A DNA stretch of 64,000 nucleotides from Sphyrna mokarran (taxonomy: Eukaryota): positions 79,732,001 to 79,796,000 of the forward strand of contig JAGIQG010000003.1 of NCBI GenBank assembly GCA_024679065.1. Reading direction: 5' to 3'. A program made the translations under genes and the position numbers. The notes beneath the pieces were generated by a model. It did no database searches and was not told the DNA's origin. It saw only the letters and a list, made by a program, of their open reading frames with translations. Below are positions 24,085 to 36,620 of the stretch, piece after piece. Positions within the stretch are counted from its first letter, which is position 1, and each line of letters starts with the position of its first letter.

Positions 24085-24335
24085 ATTATGAAAGATCATT
24101 AGCCTGAAATGTTGAGTAGGATTTTCTGATCCCGGGTTTTCTGGCACCAGAGAGCCCTGCCAAATTCAATCGATCTTTTGATATTCTGCCAAATCCTCTG
24201 CTATGGAATCATAGTGGGTGGGATTGAAAAATCACAGCTGTTAACTGTATTCCTCTCTCCACAGAATCTGCTTGACCTGCTGAGTTTTTACAACATTTTC
24301 TGATTTATTTCAGATTTTCATAATATTTTGCTTTT
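24085..24335 (+). mobile_element. Penelope-type 3' end interrupted by a short MITE (about 24116-24238)
   Basis: ctctctccacagaatctgcttgacctgctgag...ttcagatt resembles the 53831-53960 arm. Confidence 0.55.
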
Positions 24336-24789
24336 TTATCAGAATTTGTTACTCAAGAGAACAGCTTTAGACATGTAAGTTGTCATATTCTTTAATATAT
24401 TAGTGCTTTCAAACCATTGTATATTTGTCATTGTGGCTTTTATATCCAGCCACATTATTGTTTCTATACTTGTGTATTTCATAGATTCATTCATATTTTC
24501 TCACACACAGCCTGTTATTTAAAATAAAACACATAAATATTCCCACTGTCCTAAAAAAAAACTCCTAATAAACTTTACCCAAATATAACTTTCAAATATT
24601 TCCTCTGGCTTTTCTTCAGTGATTTTGAAAAGCAATTTTTTGTACAAACTGTCTAGAGGTAAAGGAGATTTTTCAACAGTTCAGCCAGAATTTTGGAATA
24701 TTGAGAACACTGGTAATTATAGAGTCCACATCTGGGCTTTGGGAGAGGCTTTGGCCTCTTTAGTAAGAGCATGAAAACAGATAAAAAAT

Positions 24790-25030
24790 TGTGATGATGG
24801 CCACAAATGTCAGAGGGGATCATTGATAGATTTCCCTGTGGGCTTTATGGAATATGAGCTTCCTTATTGAGTGTATGGGTCTGACCCGAAGAGAAGAGGT
24901 CAACAGGGTTTTAAAGCCTGCTGTTCAACCTGGATTGGCACTGAATGTCCCAAAGTGTAGACTGTCTAATGGTAAGCCACTGGCTTTCTGGTGCACAATA
25001 AAGGGTGTCTGGTGATGGGAAACTGACATT
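24790..25030 (+). mobile_element. Gypsy LTR remnant, related to the LTR at 54825
   Basis: tgtgatgatggccac start and aataaagggtgt...ggtga.gg.aaactga shared with 54825-55078. Confidence 0.7.
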
Positions 25031-25035
25031 TGGTC

Positions 25036-26990
25036 CATAAGACAATAAGAAAAGAACAGAATTAGGTCACTCAGCCATTGAGTCTGCTCTGCCATTCAAT
25101 TATGGCTGATTTTTTTTCTCATCCTCATTTTCCCCATAATGCCCTATCCACTTATTAATCGAGAACCTATCTATCTCTGTCTTAAAGACACTCAATAATC
25201 TGGCCTCCACAACCTTCTATGGCAAAGATTTCCACAGATTCATCACTCTCTGGCTGAAGAAATTCCTCCTCATCTCTGTTTTAAAGGATCGTCCCTTCAG
25301 CCTGAGTTTGTGCCCTCTGGTTCTAGTTTTTCCTACTAGTGGAAACATCCCCTCCATGTTCACTCTATCCAGGCTTCACAATGTCCTATAAGTTTCAGTA
25401 AGATCTCCCTCTCAACTTTTTAAACTCCAATGAGTACAGACTCAGAGTCCTCAACCACTCTTCGTACGACAAGCTCTTCATTCCAGGAAGCATTCTTGTG
25501 AACCTCCTGTGGACCCTTTCTAAGGCCAGCACATCTTTCCTTAGATATGGGGTCCAAAACTGCTCACAATACTCCAAATGGGATCTGACTAGAACCTAAT
25601 ACAGCCTCAGAAGTACATTCCTGCTCTTGTATTTAAGCCCTCTCGACATGAATGCGAACATTGCATTTTTCCTAACTGTCAACTCAACCTGCACATTAAC
25701 CTTAAGAAAATCTTAAATAATGATTCCCACGTCCCTTTGTGTTTCGGATTTCCTAAGCATTTTCCCATTTAGAAAATAGTCTATGCCTCCATTCCTCCTT
25801 CCAAAGTGCATAATCTCTCACTTTTCCACATTGTATTCCATCGACCGCCTCTTTGCCCATTTTCCTAACCTGTCCATATCCTTCTGCAGTCCCCCACTTC
25901 CTCAGTACTATCTGTCCCTCTACATATCTTTGTATCATCTACAAACTTAGCAACAGTGTCTTCAGTTCCTTCTTCCTATTCATTCATGTATATTGTGAAA
26001 AGTGATGGTCCCAGCACTGACCCTTGAGACACACCACTAGTCACTAGCTGCCAACTTGAGAAAGACCCCTTTATCTCATCTCTGCTTTCTGCAAGTCAGT
26101 CAATCCTCTATCTATGCCAGGATCTTACCCTTAACACCATGGGCTCTTAACTCATTTAACAGTCTCCTATGCAGCACTTTGTCAATCATATCCACTGGTT
26201 CTCCTTTATCTAACTTCCTTGTTACCTCCTCAAAGAACTCTAACAGATTTGTCGACATGACCTGCCCTTGACAAAGCCATGCTGACTCAATCCTACTTTA
26301 TCATGCACTTCCAAGTACTCTGTGATCTCATCTTTAATACTGGACTCCAAAATCTTACCAATGACCAAAGTCAGGCTAACTGACCTATAATTTCCCATCT
26401 GCCGCCTCCCTCCCTTTTCAAATAGCGGTGTTATATTAGCTACTTTCCAGTCCTCGGATACCCTCTAGTGATTCCTGAAAGATCACCACTAATACCTCCA
26501 CAATTTCCTCAGCTATCTCTTTTAGAATCCTGGGATGTAGTCCATCTGGTCCAGGTGATTTATCCACCTTCAGATCTTTCAGTTTTCCCAGGACCTTCTC
26601 CTTTGTGACTACACTCACCTGTGTCCCCTGATTCTCCTGGGCCTCTAACATCCCACTGGTATCTTCCACCATGAAGACTGATGCAAAGTAGATATTCAGT
26701 TCCTCTACTTTGCTTTGTTTCCTATTATTACTTCTTCAGCCTCATTTTCTAGTGGTCCAATGGCTATTTTTGCCTCTCTCTTATCTCTTATATATTGAAA
26801 AAAATTCTTCCTTTCTTTTTTTATATTACTAGCTAGTTTACATCATATTTCAGCTTCTCCCCCTTATTGCTTTTTAAGTTGTCCTCTGCCCACTTTTAAA
26901 GCCTTCCCAATCCTCTGGCTTTCCACTACTCCTTTATATGCTTTCAGCTTTGCTTTTATGCTGTCCTTGACTCCCTCATTAGCCACGGTC
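25036..26990 (-). mobile_element. CR1 LINE, about 2 kb, truncated
   Basis: KSPGPDGLHPRILKE and EYCEQFWTPYL motifs; 3' UTR at about 25040. Confidence 0.92.
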
Positions 26991-28181
26991 GAATTACTAC
27001 ACCTAAGAATAAATGTCTATTAGTTATTATGAGTTTTATAATATTCTAAATTCTTTATTTTGTTTAAATCCTTACTTCAGAATTTTTAAAATGCACGTCT
27101 GAGATTTGTGGCAAAATGCTGCCACTCAATGGCTAGAACTTTAATTACACAATGGCAGAATTGCAAACATGAGTTTATAATGCTAAAATGCAATGTAGAA
27201 TTGTGACAAAGATAAACAACACTTTGAAGACAGAAAATGTATGTAAAGGTAAGAATCTTAATAACACTTGAACTGCTTAATAGATATTAAGCAGAGCTTG
27301 TCTCAGCCAGGAATCCTATTTCCAGGATTTTGATTCTCCTTTAACTACGTCCCCTCAGATATTTCTCACTTCTTTTGCACCACCATTGGCAATTGTGCCT
27401 TCAGTTGCCTGGGCCTTAAGTTCTTGAATTCTCTCCTTAATCCTCACAAACCTCCCTACCTTCCTCCTCCTTTAAAAAACCCCTTGAAATTTATTTCTTT
27501 AAACAAGCACCAGCATTAAGGTCTCCTTTGTTGGCTTTGAAATAACTCCTCTGATGTGGGTGTCCCCTCACCAAATTTAGATTTATTTACATAGACAGCA
27601 ATGCTCAAATACTTCCTTGTACAGAATGTAAACCCGTGTGGCAGTAACCTTCATATTCCATATTATATACACATGCAGGAATCCCTGATTGGACAAGCCA
27701 ATATTGCCTTAACCTGAGTGCTTGTATCCTAAGAAGTCCACACTGGGGTTCGTTAAAGTCATTACATCCCTCCATCTCTAGATCCAAGGAACCTTTGCAG
27801 TTTGTTCATCTTGAGAGCCTCTTGAGGTATTTGAGGACTGGATTCAGTTTCTCAAGCTCTTTTGTGTAGCATGCTGAGGCACAAGTTCATTCCCTTCTTC
27901 AGGGAGTAATGGAGTAGACTCGGATATGTCCACTGTGTCCATTTTGGACTCAGAGGTTGCAATGCCTGGATATGGCCTATGATAATGATGAATTTCTGCC
28001 TGTAAAGATACTAGTGGAATTTTTTCATATTAAATGTCATCACCAATCCGTCTTTTTCATGATTTCCTAGGTTCTGGAAGTTTACCTAACTGGTCTTTCC
28101 TCTCCATTTGGCCACTTATGTGCCAATATTGCTCTGATGCCATATGGGAATATGCCACAGGTCAGTAAGAGTGCTTTCCTA

Positions 28182-28495
28182 GGCAGCGTGGTGACACAGT
28201 GATTAACACTGTTGCCTCACAGCGCCAGGGACCCGGATTCGATTCCTGGCTCAGGTCACTGTTTACGCAGAGTTTGCACATTCTTCTATATCTGCGTGAG
28301 TTTCCTCTGGGTGCTCCTGTTTCCTCCCACAGTCCAAAGATGTGTAGGTTTGGTGGATTGGCAATACTAAATTAGCCCTTAGTGTCTGGGGGACTACCTA
28401 AGGTAAATACATAGGGTTATGGGAGTAGAGCCTGGGTGGGATTGTGGTCAATGCAAACTTGGTTGGCTGAATGGCCTCCTGCACTGTGGAATTTA
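28182..28495 (+). mobile_element. HE1-type V-SINE nested in Gypsy
   Basis: tRNA head with box B ggattcgattcc, V-domain, CR1-type tail. Confidence 0.9.
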
Positions 28496-30630
28496 ATAAG
28501 GCCAAAATATTCAATGAAAGAAGCTGTTTCTTTAGTTTATTGATAGATAAAGATTAACTGGAAGACCAGTCCCAAAGCTGATCCCTTTTTAGTAGTTGGT
28601 GTAATGGAGCCAGGATGGAGGGAAAATTGAGTATAAATTTCTCATAGTAGATTACCAATCCAAGAAATGATCTTACCATCTGGATGGGGTTGAGAGCTGG
28701 AGCAGCTTGAATCGCTTGTACCTTGTCCTTCAATGGGTATAAACCAGACATGTCTACTCTATAGCCCAGGAAGGCCACTTGGGAGAAGAGGGGATGCTTG
28801 AAGTACATATTTTTTTCCTTCTTGGGCACATGCTTTGGAAAATCAACTTAAAACGTCCTCAAGATTCTCTAACTGAGATAGACCTTGCAAAACATTCTCC
28901 ATCATCAGCTGAAAGATTGAGCAGCTGACGATACTCTAAATGGCAGTCAAGTGTATCGGTGAAGGCCTTTATTTGTATCAATTGTTGAATATTTCTGGGA
29001 ATCCTCATAATTTAATTATAAGTACGCATGACTCATATCAAGTTTTGAAAATGAGAATCCTCTTGCCAATTTTGCATACAAATCATAGATCCAGGGGATT
29101 GAGTATTTATCGAGCTATGAGAAACACTTCACCTTTTGTTTAAAATGCCCACAAAGGCAGGCTGATCCATTTGACTTCAAAATTAATATGACTGGAGCTG
29201 CCAATTCCCAAAAGTGGGCTGGTTTGATGATCACTTCACATTCCAGTCTTCAGATTTCTGCTTCAACTTTTGGCAAATGGTATTAATCAGGCCTTGCAAA
29301 ATCACAAAATTGCTTCCTGGTTAACAAGTAAGGTTGTCTTGTTTCCTTTGATAGTCCTTAGACCAGCCTGAAAACTTCAGGGTATTTAAGCAGGATATCA
29401 CAAAGGTGGCCATTCTCCAGCTGAAAGATATTGAACCAATCTAGGTGAATCTCTTGCAAACATTTTTACCCCATTAGGCTTAGCCCTGAGTCTTCTGCTA
29501 CAATCATTCATAACTGAACCAATTATCTTTCATAGGATACAGGGACAGAAGTTGTACCCACAATTCACAAAGGTTTTCCGATATAGGTTCTCAGTCTTGC
29601 TAAGGTCTTGATTAAAGTTAAGTGTTGGAGTCCAGAGTGGATTTTAAGGAACAGAGATTCTCCGACCACCTCTATTACCAGAAGTCCGTTTAACCATATG
29701 TTTATCTTGATTGCATCCAATTTGGACATTGATATGCAATTTAATTGTTTTAAATCAAATGTAGATGGACCTTCCAGGGTTTGAACTCTCCTAGATACCA
29801 ACCTATGAGCTGTTTTGCTAAATCTTCTTTACTGTTTCAATTCCAAGTAGTGGCAACAATTACAATGCACTCCCGGGCGAAATTCTGAAGGGACTTGCAA
29901 GTATTTTGTTGTAGTTTAGTTTTGCTTTGAGGTTGTGCTGTAAGCTGAAGTGGCGTGTTACATATATTAGATACTTCTGAGGGAGGTTATGCGATCACCT
30001 GTGCTCAAGTGGTGGTCCCTGAACTCAGTTGAACTGGCATGAATGTCTACTTCCATTAGGATACCTTGCAATTCATATGCTCCATTTACAGAATTTTCCA
30101 ATCATAAGGCCAGCTGTTGTGCCTGTTTGAAATCCAGTTGAGCTTCAGCTAATAAATGTTTTTGAATAGTTATGTTACTATTCCAGCATACCAGATGATC
30201 TCTAAAGCATCTTCTTAAGGGTTAAACCAAATTTGCATACTTCCACCAGTCATCTTAACCGAGCTAGGAAATTCATAACAGATTCTCCTGGCACTCGATT
30301 GCTGAGTAAAAACAATAAGGTCTCAGAATTAGAGGTGACTTGAGGATCATAGTATTCTCTAACTAGTTCAGTCAGTTCTTGAAAGGTTTTAGTATCCAAT
30401 GCCTCAAGAAATGTTAAATTCTAAATGTCTACAAATGCTTGAAGTGCCACAAGCAGTCAGAATTACCCTTTGTTTTTTGTCTGCCATAACGCTGTTCCAC
30501 ATATTGGGTCCAATCCTCAATGTCAGGGTTGAACAAGTGTAATTTTCCAAACAAAGGCATGATGCACAAGAATGGTTTACCCAACTTCAGCCAATTGTTG
30601 CAAGTGAGTTTCTTAAGGGTCATGCCGCAA

Positions 30631-30881
30631 TAACCAGGAAGCAATTTTGTGATTTTGCAAGGCCTGATTAATACCATTTGCCAAAAGTTGAAGCAGAAAT
30701 CTGAAGACTGGAATGTGAAGTGATCATCAAACCAGCCCACTTTTGGGAATTGGCAGCTCCAGTCATATTAATTTTGAAGTCAAATGGATCAGCCTGCCTT
30801 TGTGGGCATTTTAAACAAAAGGTGAAGTGTTTCTCATAGCTCGATAAATACTCAATCCCCTGGATCTATGATTTGTATGCA
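30631..30881. repeat. Perfect 251-bp inverted copy of 29073-29323
   Basis: Base-by-base reverse-complement match; no mismatch found by eye. Confidence 0.92.
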
Positions 30882-31832
30882 TAAACTCTTCCGAGGTTGG
30901 TGTCCCTTCACCAAATTTAGATTTATTTACATAGCAAGCAGCTACCAGACAGGTGCTGCTTCATATTAATTATAAACCTGGACTACCATTAACCTTCACA
31001 CTCCATATTACATATACATTCAGAGATCCCTAATTGGACAAGCCATTACTCTCTGAAGCTGGGAGCTCGTGTTTGACAGATTCACATTGTTGTCCTTGTA
31101 AAAGTTATTACAGGCTCAGTTTCAAAATTTGTTTGACTTGCTCCTACGAAGCACCTTAGGATACTTTATTATATTGAAGGCACTACATAAATGCAAGTTG
31201 GTGTGTGTAATTCTTCTGATTCTTCCCATCAGATTTTGTACTTCTCATAATACTCTTTTCATCAAAAACATCCAGTTCCAGAAAATCCCATTTATTACAT
31301 GGTAATCTCTTAATTTCTCCCTATGATTAATCAACATTCTGTGTTAGTGTATCAGTCATCTTTTCAGCTTTGCTTCAACTTGTTCCTCTCCTCAACTATT
31401 TCTCTTTTAGTATTTCTGATAAAAGAGACACACTGTTGAAGCTTTTTGGCTTGCACACAACAGATCAGATCACATGATTATCAAGAGTAATAGGAGAATG
31501 ACAATTTACACTAGATGAGAAGAGAATGCTGATTGGATGGCAAGTGAACTCTGATTGGTACTGACAATGCATGGAGAACTATACAAATTGTTGGCTCTGC
31601 TGCTGCCCAAAATCAAAAATGAGGCCTCAAGCAAGGAGTGGAGATTAAGATAGCCAATACTTGTGTCCCAATTTTAACTCAAAATAGGAATGATCAATGA
31701 GTGATGGCAGTTGCAATGAAATCAGAAGCCTCTCTATTTGGATAACCAGAACCAAAATAAGAATTATTTAGAAAAGACAAAGTTGAATAAACTCAATCAA
31801 GATTGCCAACTTTCAGTGGATTCAATGGATTC

Positions 31833-33040
31833 AATGTGACTGAACACATTGACGAAGGAAGAGCGGTGGATGTAGTGTACATGGACTTTAGCAAGGTGTT
31901 TGATAAGATCCCCCATGCAAGGCTTCTAGAGAAGGTGAGAGGGCATGGGATCCAAGGGGCTTTGGCCTCGTGGATCCAGAACTGGCTTGCCTGCAGAAGG
32001 CAGAGAGTGGTTGTGGATGGGTCTTGTTCTGAATGGAGGTCGGTAACCAGTGGAGTGCCCCAGGGATCTGTTCTGGGACCCCTGCTGTTTGTCATTTTCA
32101 TAAATGACCTGGATGAGGAAGTGGAGGTATGGGTTAGTAAGTTCGCCGATGATACAAAAGTTGGTGGTGTTGTGGATGGTCTGGAGGGATGTCAAAAGTT
32201 GCAGCGGGACATAGACAGGATGCAAGACTGGGTGGAGAAGTGGCAGATGGACTTCAACGCAGATAAATGTGTAGTGGTCCATTTTGGCAGGAATAATGAG
32301 ATGAAGGAGTACAATATAAGGGGTAGGAGTCTTAGCTGTGTTGTAGAGCAGAAGGATCTTGGGGTCCGGTCCATAGGACTCTTAAATCGGCCTCGCAGGT
32401 GGAGGATGTGGTCAAGAAGGCGTATGGTGTACTGGCCTTCATTAATTGAGGAATTGAGTTTAGGAGTCAGGAGATAATGATGCAGCTCTGTAAGACCCTT
32501 GTCAGACCCCACTTGGAGTATTGTGTGCAGTTCTGGTCGCCTCACTATAAGAAGGATGTAGAGGCTATTGAGAGAGTGCAGAGGAGATTTACAAGGATGC
32601 TGCCTGGATTGGGAGGCAGGCCTTATGAAGATAGGTTGAGGGAGCTGGGACTTTTCTCACTTAGAGACGTAGGTTGAGAGGTGACCTGATAGAGGTTTAT
32701 AAAATGTTGAGAGGAATAGATAAGGTGGATTCTTAGAGACTATTTCCCCAAGCTGAAATGGTCACTATGAGAGGACACAGATTTAAGGTGCAGGGAAGCA
32801 AATACAGAGGGGATGTTAGGGGTAAGTTTTTCACTCAGAGGGTGGTGAGTGAATGGAATCGGCTGCCGTCAGAGGTTGTTGAGGCGAACTCGCTGGGGTC
32901 TTTTAAAAGACTTCTGGATGAGTATATGGAAACGAATGGGATAGGGGGTTATAGATAGGTCTGTGGATTGGTAGATGTGATTGGCGCAACTCATGGGCCG
33001 AAGGGCCTGTTTGTGCTGTAGTGTTCTATGTTCTATGTTC
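31833..33040 (+). mobile_element. Young 5'-truncated CR1 LINE
   Basis: RT motifs [22 protein letters not shown]; few disablements; (ttctatg)n tail. Confidence 0.95.
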
Positions 33041-33940
33041 AATAGATTACTTGCTTTCTCTCACTATTTCACTCCCTTGTTAAAAATTCACTCTCTGGAT
33101 TTGGGTGCTTCTGGCAAGAAGCATTATCCATTCCTAATTGCCCTTGAGAAAGTAATGGTGAGTTGCCAATGTGGTGTGGGTATACCCACAGCGCTGTTAG
33201 GATGGGAGATTCTGGAATTTTATACAGTGATAATGAAGGAACGGTGATATTGTTCCAAGTGAGGATAACTTGGAGAGGATCTTGCATTTGGTCATGTTCC
33301 CATGCATCTGCTGTCCTTGTCCTTGTAGAGATTGTGGGTTTGAAAGTTGCTGTTGAAGCAGCCTTGGTGAGCTGTTTGTGGATGCTACACAGTGCTGCTA
33401 CATGATGTCATTTGGGGAGAGAGTTAATATTTAAGGTAGTGGATGAAATGTCAATCAAAAAGGCTGCTTTGGATGGTGTTGAACTTCTTGAATGTTGTTG
33501 GATCTACATTCATCCAGAAAAGTGGAGAGTATTCCATCACTTTCCCAACTGTGCTTGTGGACAGGCTTTGGGAACTACTTGCCTCAAAATTTCCATCCCC
33601 TGAACTGTTCTTGTAGTCACATATGGCTGCTCCGTTTGAATTTTTGGACAATGGCAATCCCCGGATATAATTGGGGGATATCTACAAAAATAAATCTAAT
33701 CACCTCTTGTGCTGCCAAATGCATTGATTATTATTTCCATCAATTATTGAGATGAAAGAGAATTAAAGATGTGAGAATACACAGCATTGTTACTAAGCAA
33801 CAGAATACACACACTCATATTTTATAGCAACATCAACAAACAATGAACATGCTGCTACATAACAACTAAACAATAACCCACAGTATTGTTAGTGAAAGAT
33901 TAATTTGCTGTGGAATAATTGACCAGCAGATGGGAGGCAG

Positions 33941-34198
33941 TTAGCAGTCCCCACTGAACAGAAGCAGGTGTCGCTTAACAAGCCATGAGAGTGAAGTTTC
34001 TATATTAGTTTCTGTATTATTGCAACCCTCCTCCCACCCGTAGGATTGTTCTGTTTCCTTTACAAGTTGATTCATGTTTCTGAAAGAGTTTCTTGTGTTT
34101 TCTCTGCTCCAGGAGTAGGACATTTCTAGATTATTGTTAACTGCTTCAGTTTTGGTGCTCCTGGTAAAGCATGTATGGTGCTCTGGAAGTGGAAAAAA
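33941..34198 (-). other. Possible terminal coding exon of an unidentified gene or pseudogene
   Basis: Acceptor tttgttccttgcag followed by 85 open codons ending LLLFSGDC*; non-repeat; no recognised homology; no clear polyA signal. Confidence 0.3.
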
Positions 34199-36084
34199 CT
34201 GCAAGGAACAAATTAACATCAAAATGTTATTTTCACCAAATATAAATCAGGGTTACATCTCAATGACTCAGATTTATAGTTTCTATCTCAACATAACAGC
34301 TTTCAATGTGCCAACCACTACATTCTATTCTATAATTTACTATTTCTAATTAATGTCAACTCCAGTAAGTATCTGTGTTACCATCCCCATATAGACCAAT
34401 AATTTTATAAAATAGATTTGAATTCCCAGTAACCAACTCAAAAGTTTAACATGAAAGGTTTCACATTTTCAGTTTTTTTTGCTGTAACAAACAGAATAAA
34501 AACAACATGGACTAAACATTGTTTAGTGGGCAATAACACACTAAGCTATAGAAAAAGAAATCCCCCTTTATTTCATTTCATGACCAAAAACCGCACACTG
34601 CATTTATATATGACACTGAATTCTCTATAGAATTGAAGACTCTATAGGACCCAGGACAAAGATACTCCTGACTTCTGACAAGCTCACCTCTAACCATTTC
34701 AATGAGTGTTAACTATTCATTAGAAGTTGTTTCTCTCAGTCTTCTGAGAATCAAGCTCCTACCAATATTCTACCTTTTCCCATTGTTCGTAACGGCTGTT
34801 TTTCTGTCTCTCATTCTCCGCAACACTCTTGATTTATCTAAGGTCTCTGAGTCAGTGCTTCACATTTGTATCCAGGCTTCAGTAGGACTTGACCTGCAGT
34901 TCAGGCTTATTGTCAACCAGAACTAATCAGAGGTCACATACTCCATTTTATCTTAAATTAAAAGCAAGTTGAAAACATAACCAAATTACAAAAACGTCAC
35001 TAACATTACACTTCTCATAGCTCAGCATGTATCATTGTATTTACTCTGAAATATATTAAGACCTGTTTGTTGAAAATGTATTTTGCTGATTGATATGCCA
35101 TCTCCTTTCACTTCTGAACAAGTTCAGCTGCAAAATGAGTTTAAGCTAAAGTTTATTTATCGTGTCACAAATAAGTTTATATTAACACTGCAATAAAGTT
35201 ACCGTGAAAATCCCCTTGTCACCACATTCCAATGCCTATTTGGATACATTGGGGGAGAATTTAGCATGGTGAATGCACCTAACAGTATGTCTTCTGGACT
35301 ATGCTTGAGGGCACAAAGGATTTTAGTGCAGGTAGGGGCTTCATTGCATCTGCTCTGCACATCTGATTAAGGACTTCTGAAAAGAGGTCTTTAGTCAGAG
35401 CAGTTCCACTTCCAATCTTTACTGTCAGAATATTGGGTATTCCAGCATGATTTAGCTTTTGTAATTTGGTAAATGTTAACAGCTTTCCTGTTCAAGGTAC
35501 TGTGAGTTGCTTTTAGGGGGTTTGATGGCTTGTGTGCCAATGATATCCTGCACATTTGGAAAGTCTGTCATTTTTTGGGTATGCTGTAACTGCTCAAGCT
35601 GCTGCTACTACCCTTGGGTGAAAATGTTGTGTTTTCTCTGGCTAACCAGCCTTCTGCTCTTTTTTCACATACTGGTGAACAGAAGACGAATGATCTGGCA
35701 GCTGTCCCTGGCAGGGGTTTTGGAAAAATCTCTGGCTTGGTAATGCATTTGTGAGCTATCCACACCTTTGCAGTCACTGTCTCTGTGATAGAAGTTGTCT
35801 GAGGTCAGGCTTTGAGGATTTGGTATAAGTCAATTTTCAGATGGTATATCCTGATTGATGCATTTACGTCTGAACTCACAGCTCTTTAACATGAGGTCAA
35901 ATACCTCAAAAAGTTCAGATATAATTTCCAGAAACTTCCCTTCCTAGAAAATTTTAAAAATCTTTCTCAGGATGTGAGCATTGCTGACTAGGCCAACATT
36001 TATGGTCCATCCTCAAGAAGGCAGTTACCTTGAGAAGGTCCATATATATGGACCTGCTGCAGTCCATATATATGGCATTGGGAA

Positions 36085-36620
36085 GGCTGAATCTGGAGCC
36101 CTGCGCACAGTTTTGGTTCCCTTACTTGAGGAAGGACATAAATATATTAGAGACAGCTCATTTAGATTCATTCCAGGGATGAAGGACTTGTCTTAAGAGG
36201 AGAGATTGAGCAGTTTAAATTGATACACACAGGAGTTTAGAAGAATGAGAGGAGATCTAATTGAGGTATAAAAGATGTAAAGAAAATTGACAGGGTAGAT
36301 GTACAATGAATGTTTCCCCTTGTTGGACATTATAGAACAGGAATCCATAACTTTAGGCTAATGGGTAGCAGATTTAAGACAGAAAAGAGGAGGAATTACT
36401 TCACTCAAAGGATTATGAATCTGTGGAACTCTTCCCCAGAGTGCAGTGGATGCTTGAACAGTAAACAAGTTTATGGAAGAGACAGCTAGATTTCTCATTC
36501 AATAAACGATGAAAGATTATGGGGAGTGGGCAGAAAGGTGGAGATGAGCTAAGATCAGATCAGCCACGATTGCATTGAATCATGGAGCAAGTATGAGGGG
36601 CTGAAAGGCCTACTCCTGTC
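36085..36620 (+). mobile_element. CR1 3' fragment nested in a LINE 3' end
   Basis: Decayed ORF2 C-terminus and 3' UTR. Confidence 0.8.

Larger units (their letters stand above)
27538..31112 (-). mobile_element. Decayed Ty3/Gypsy with both LTRs (27538-27766 and about 30882-31112)
   Basis: Related LTRs with TG...CA ends, PPT next to 27767, 5-bp TSD GGCT(T/C); gag start MPLFGKL, RT VAFLGYRVD...VRSFLGLV; inserted in an L2-like 3' tail. Confidence 0.9.

Noticed and set aside
28182-28255. tRNA genes (also at 51390, 62680, 9762)
   Set aside because: These are tRNA-derived SINE heads continuous with SINE bodies and LINE tails.
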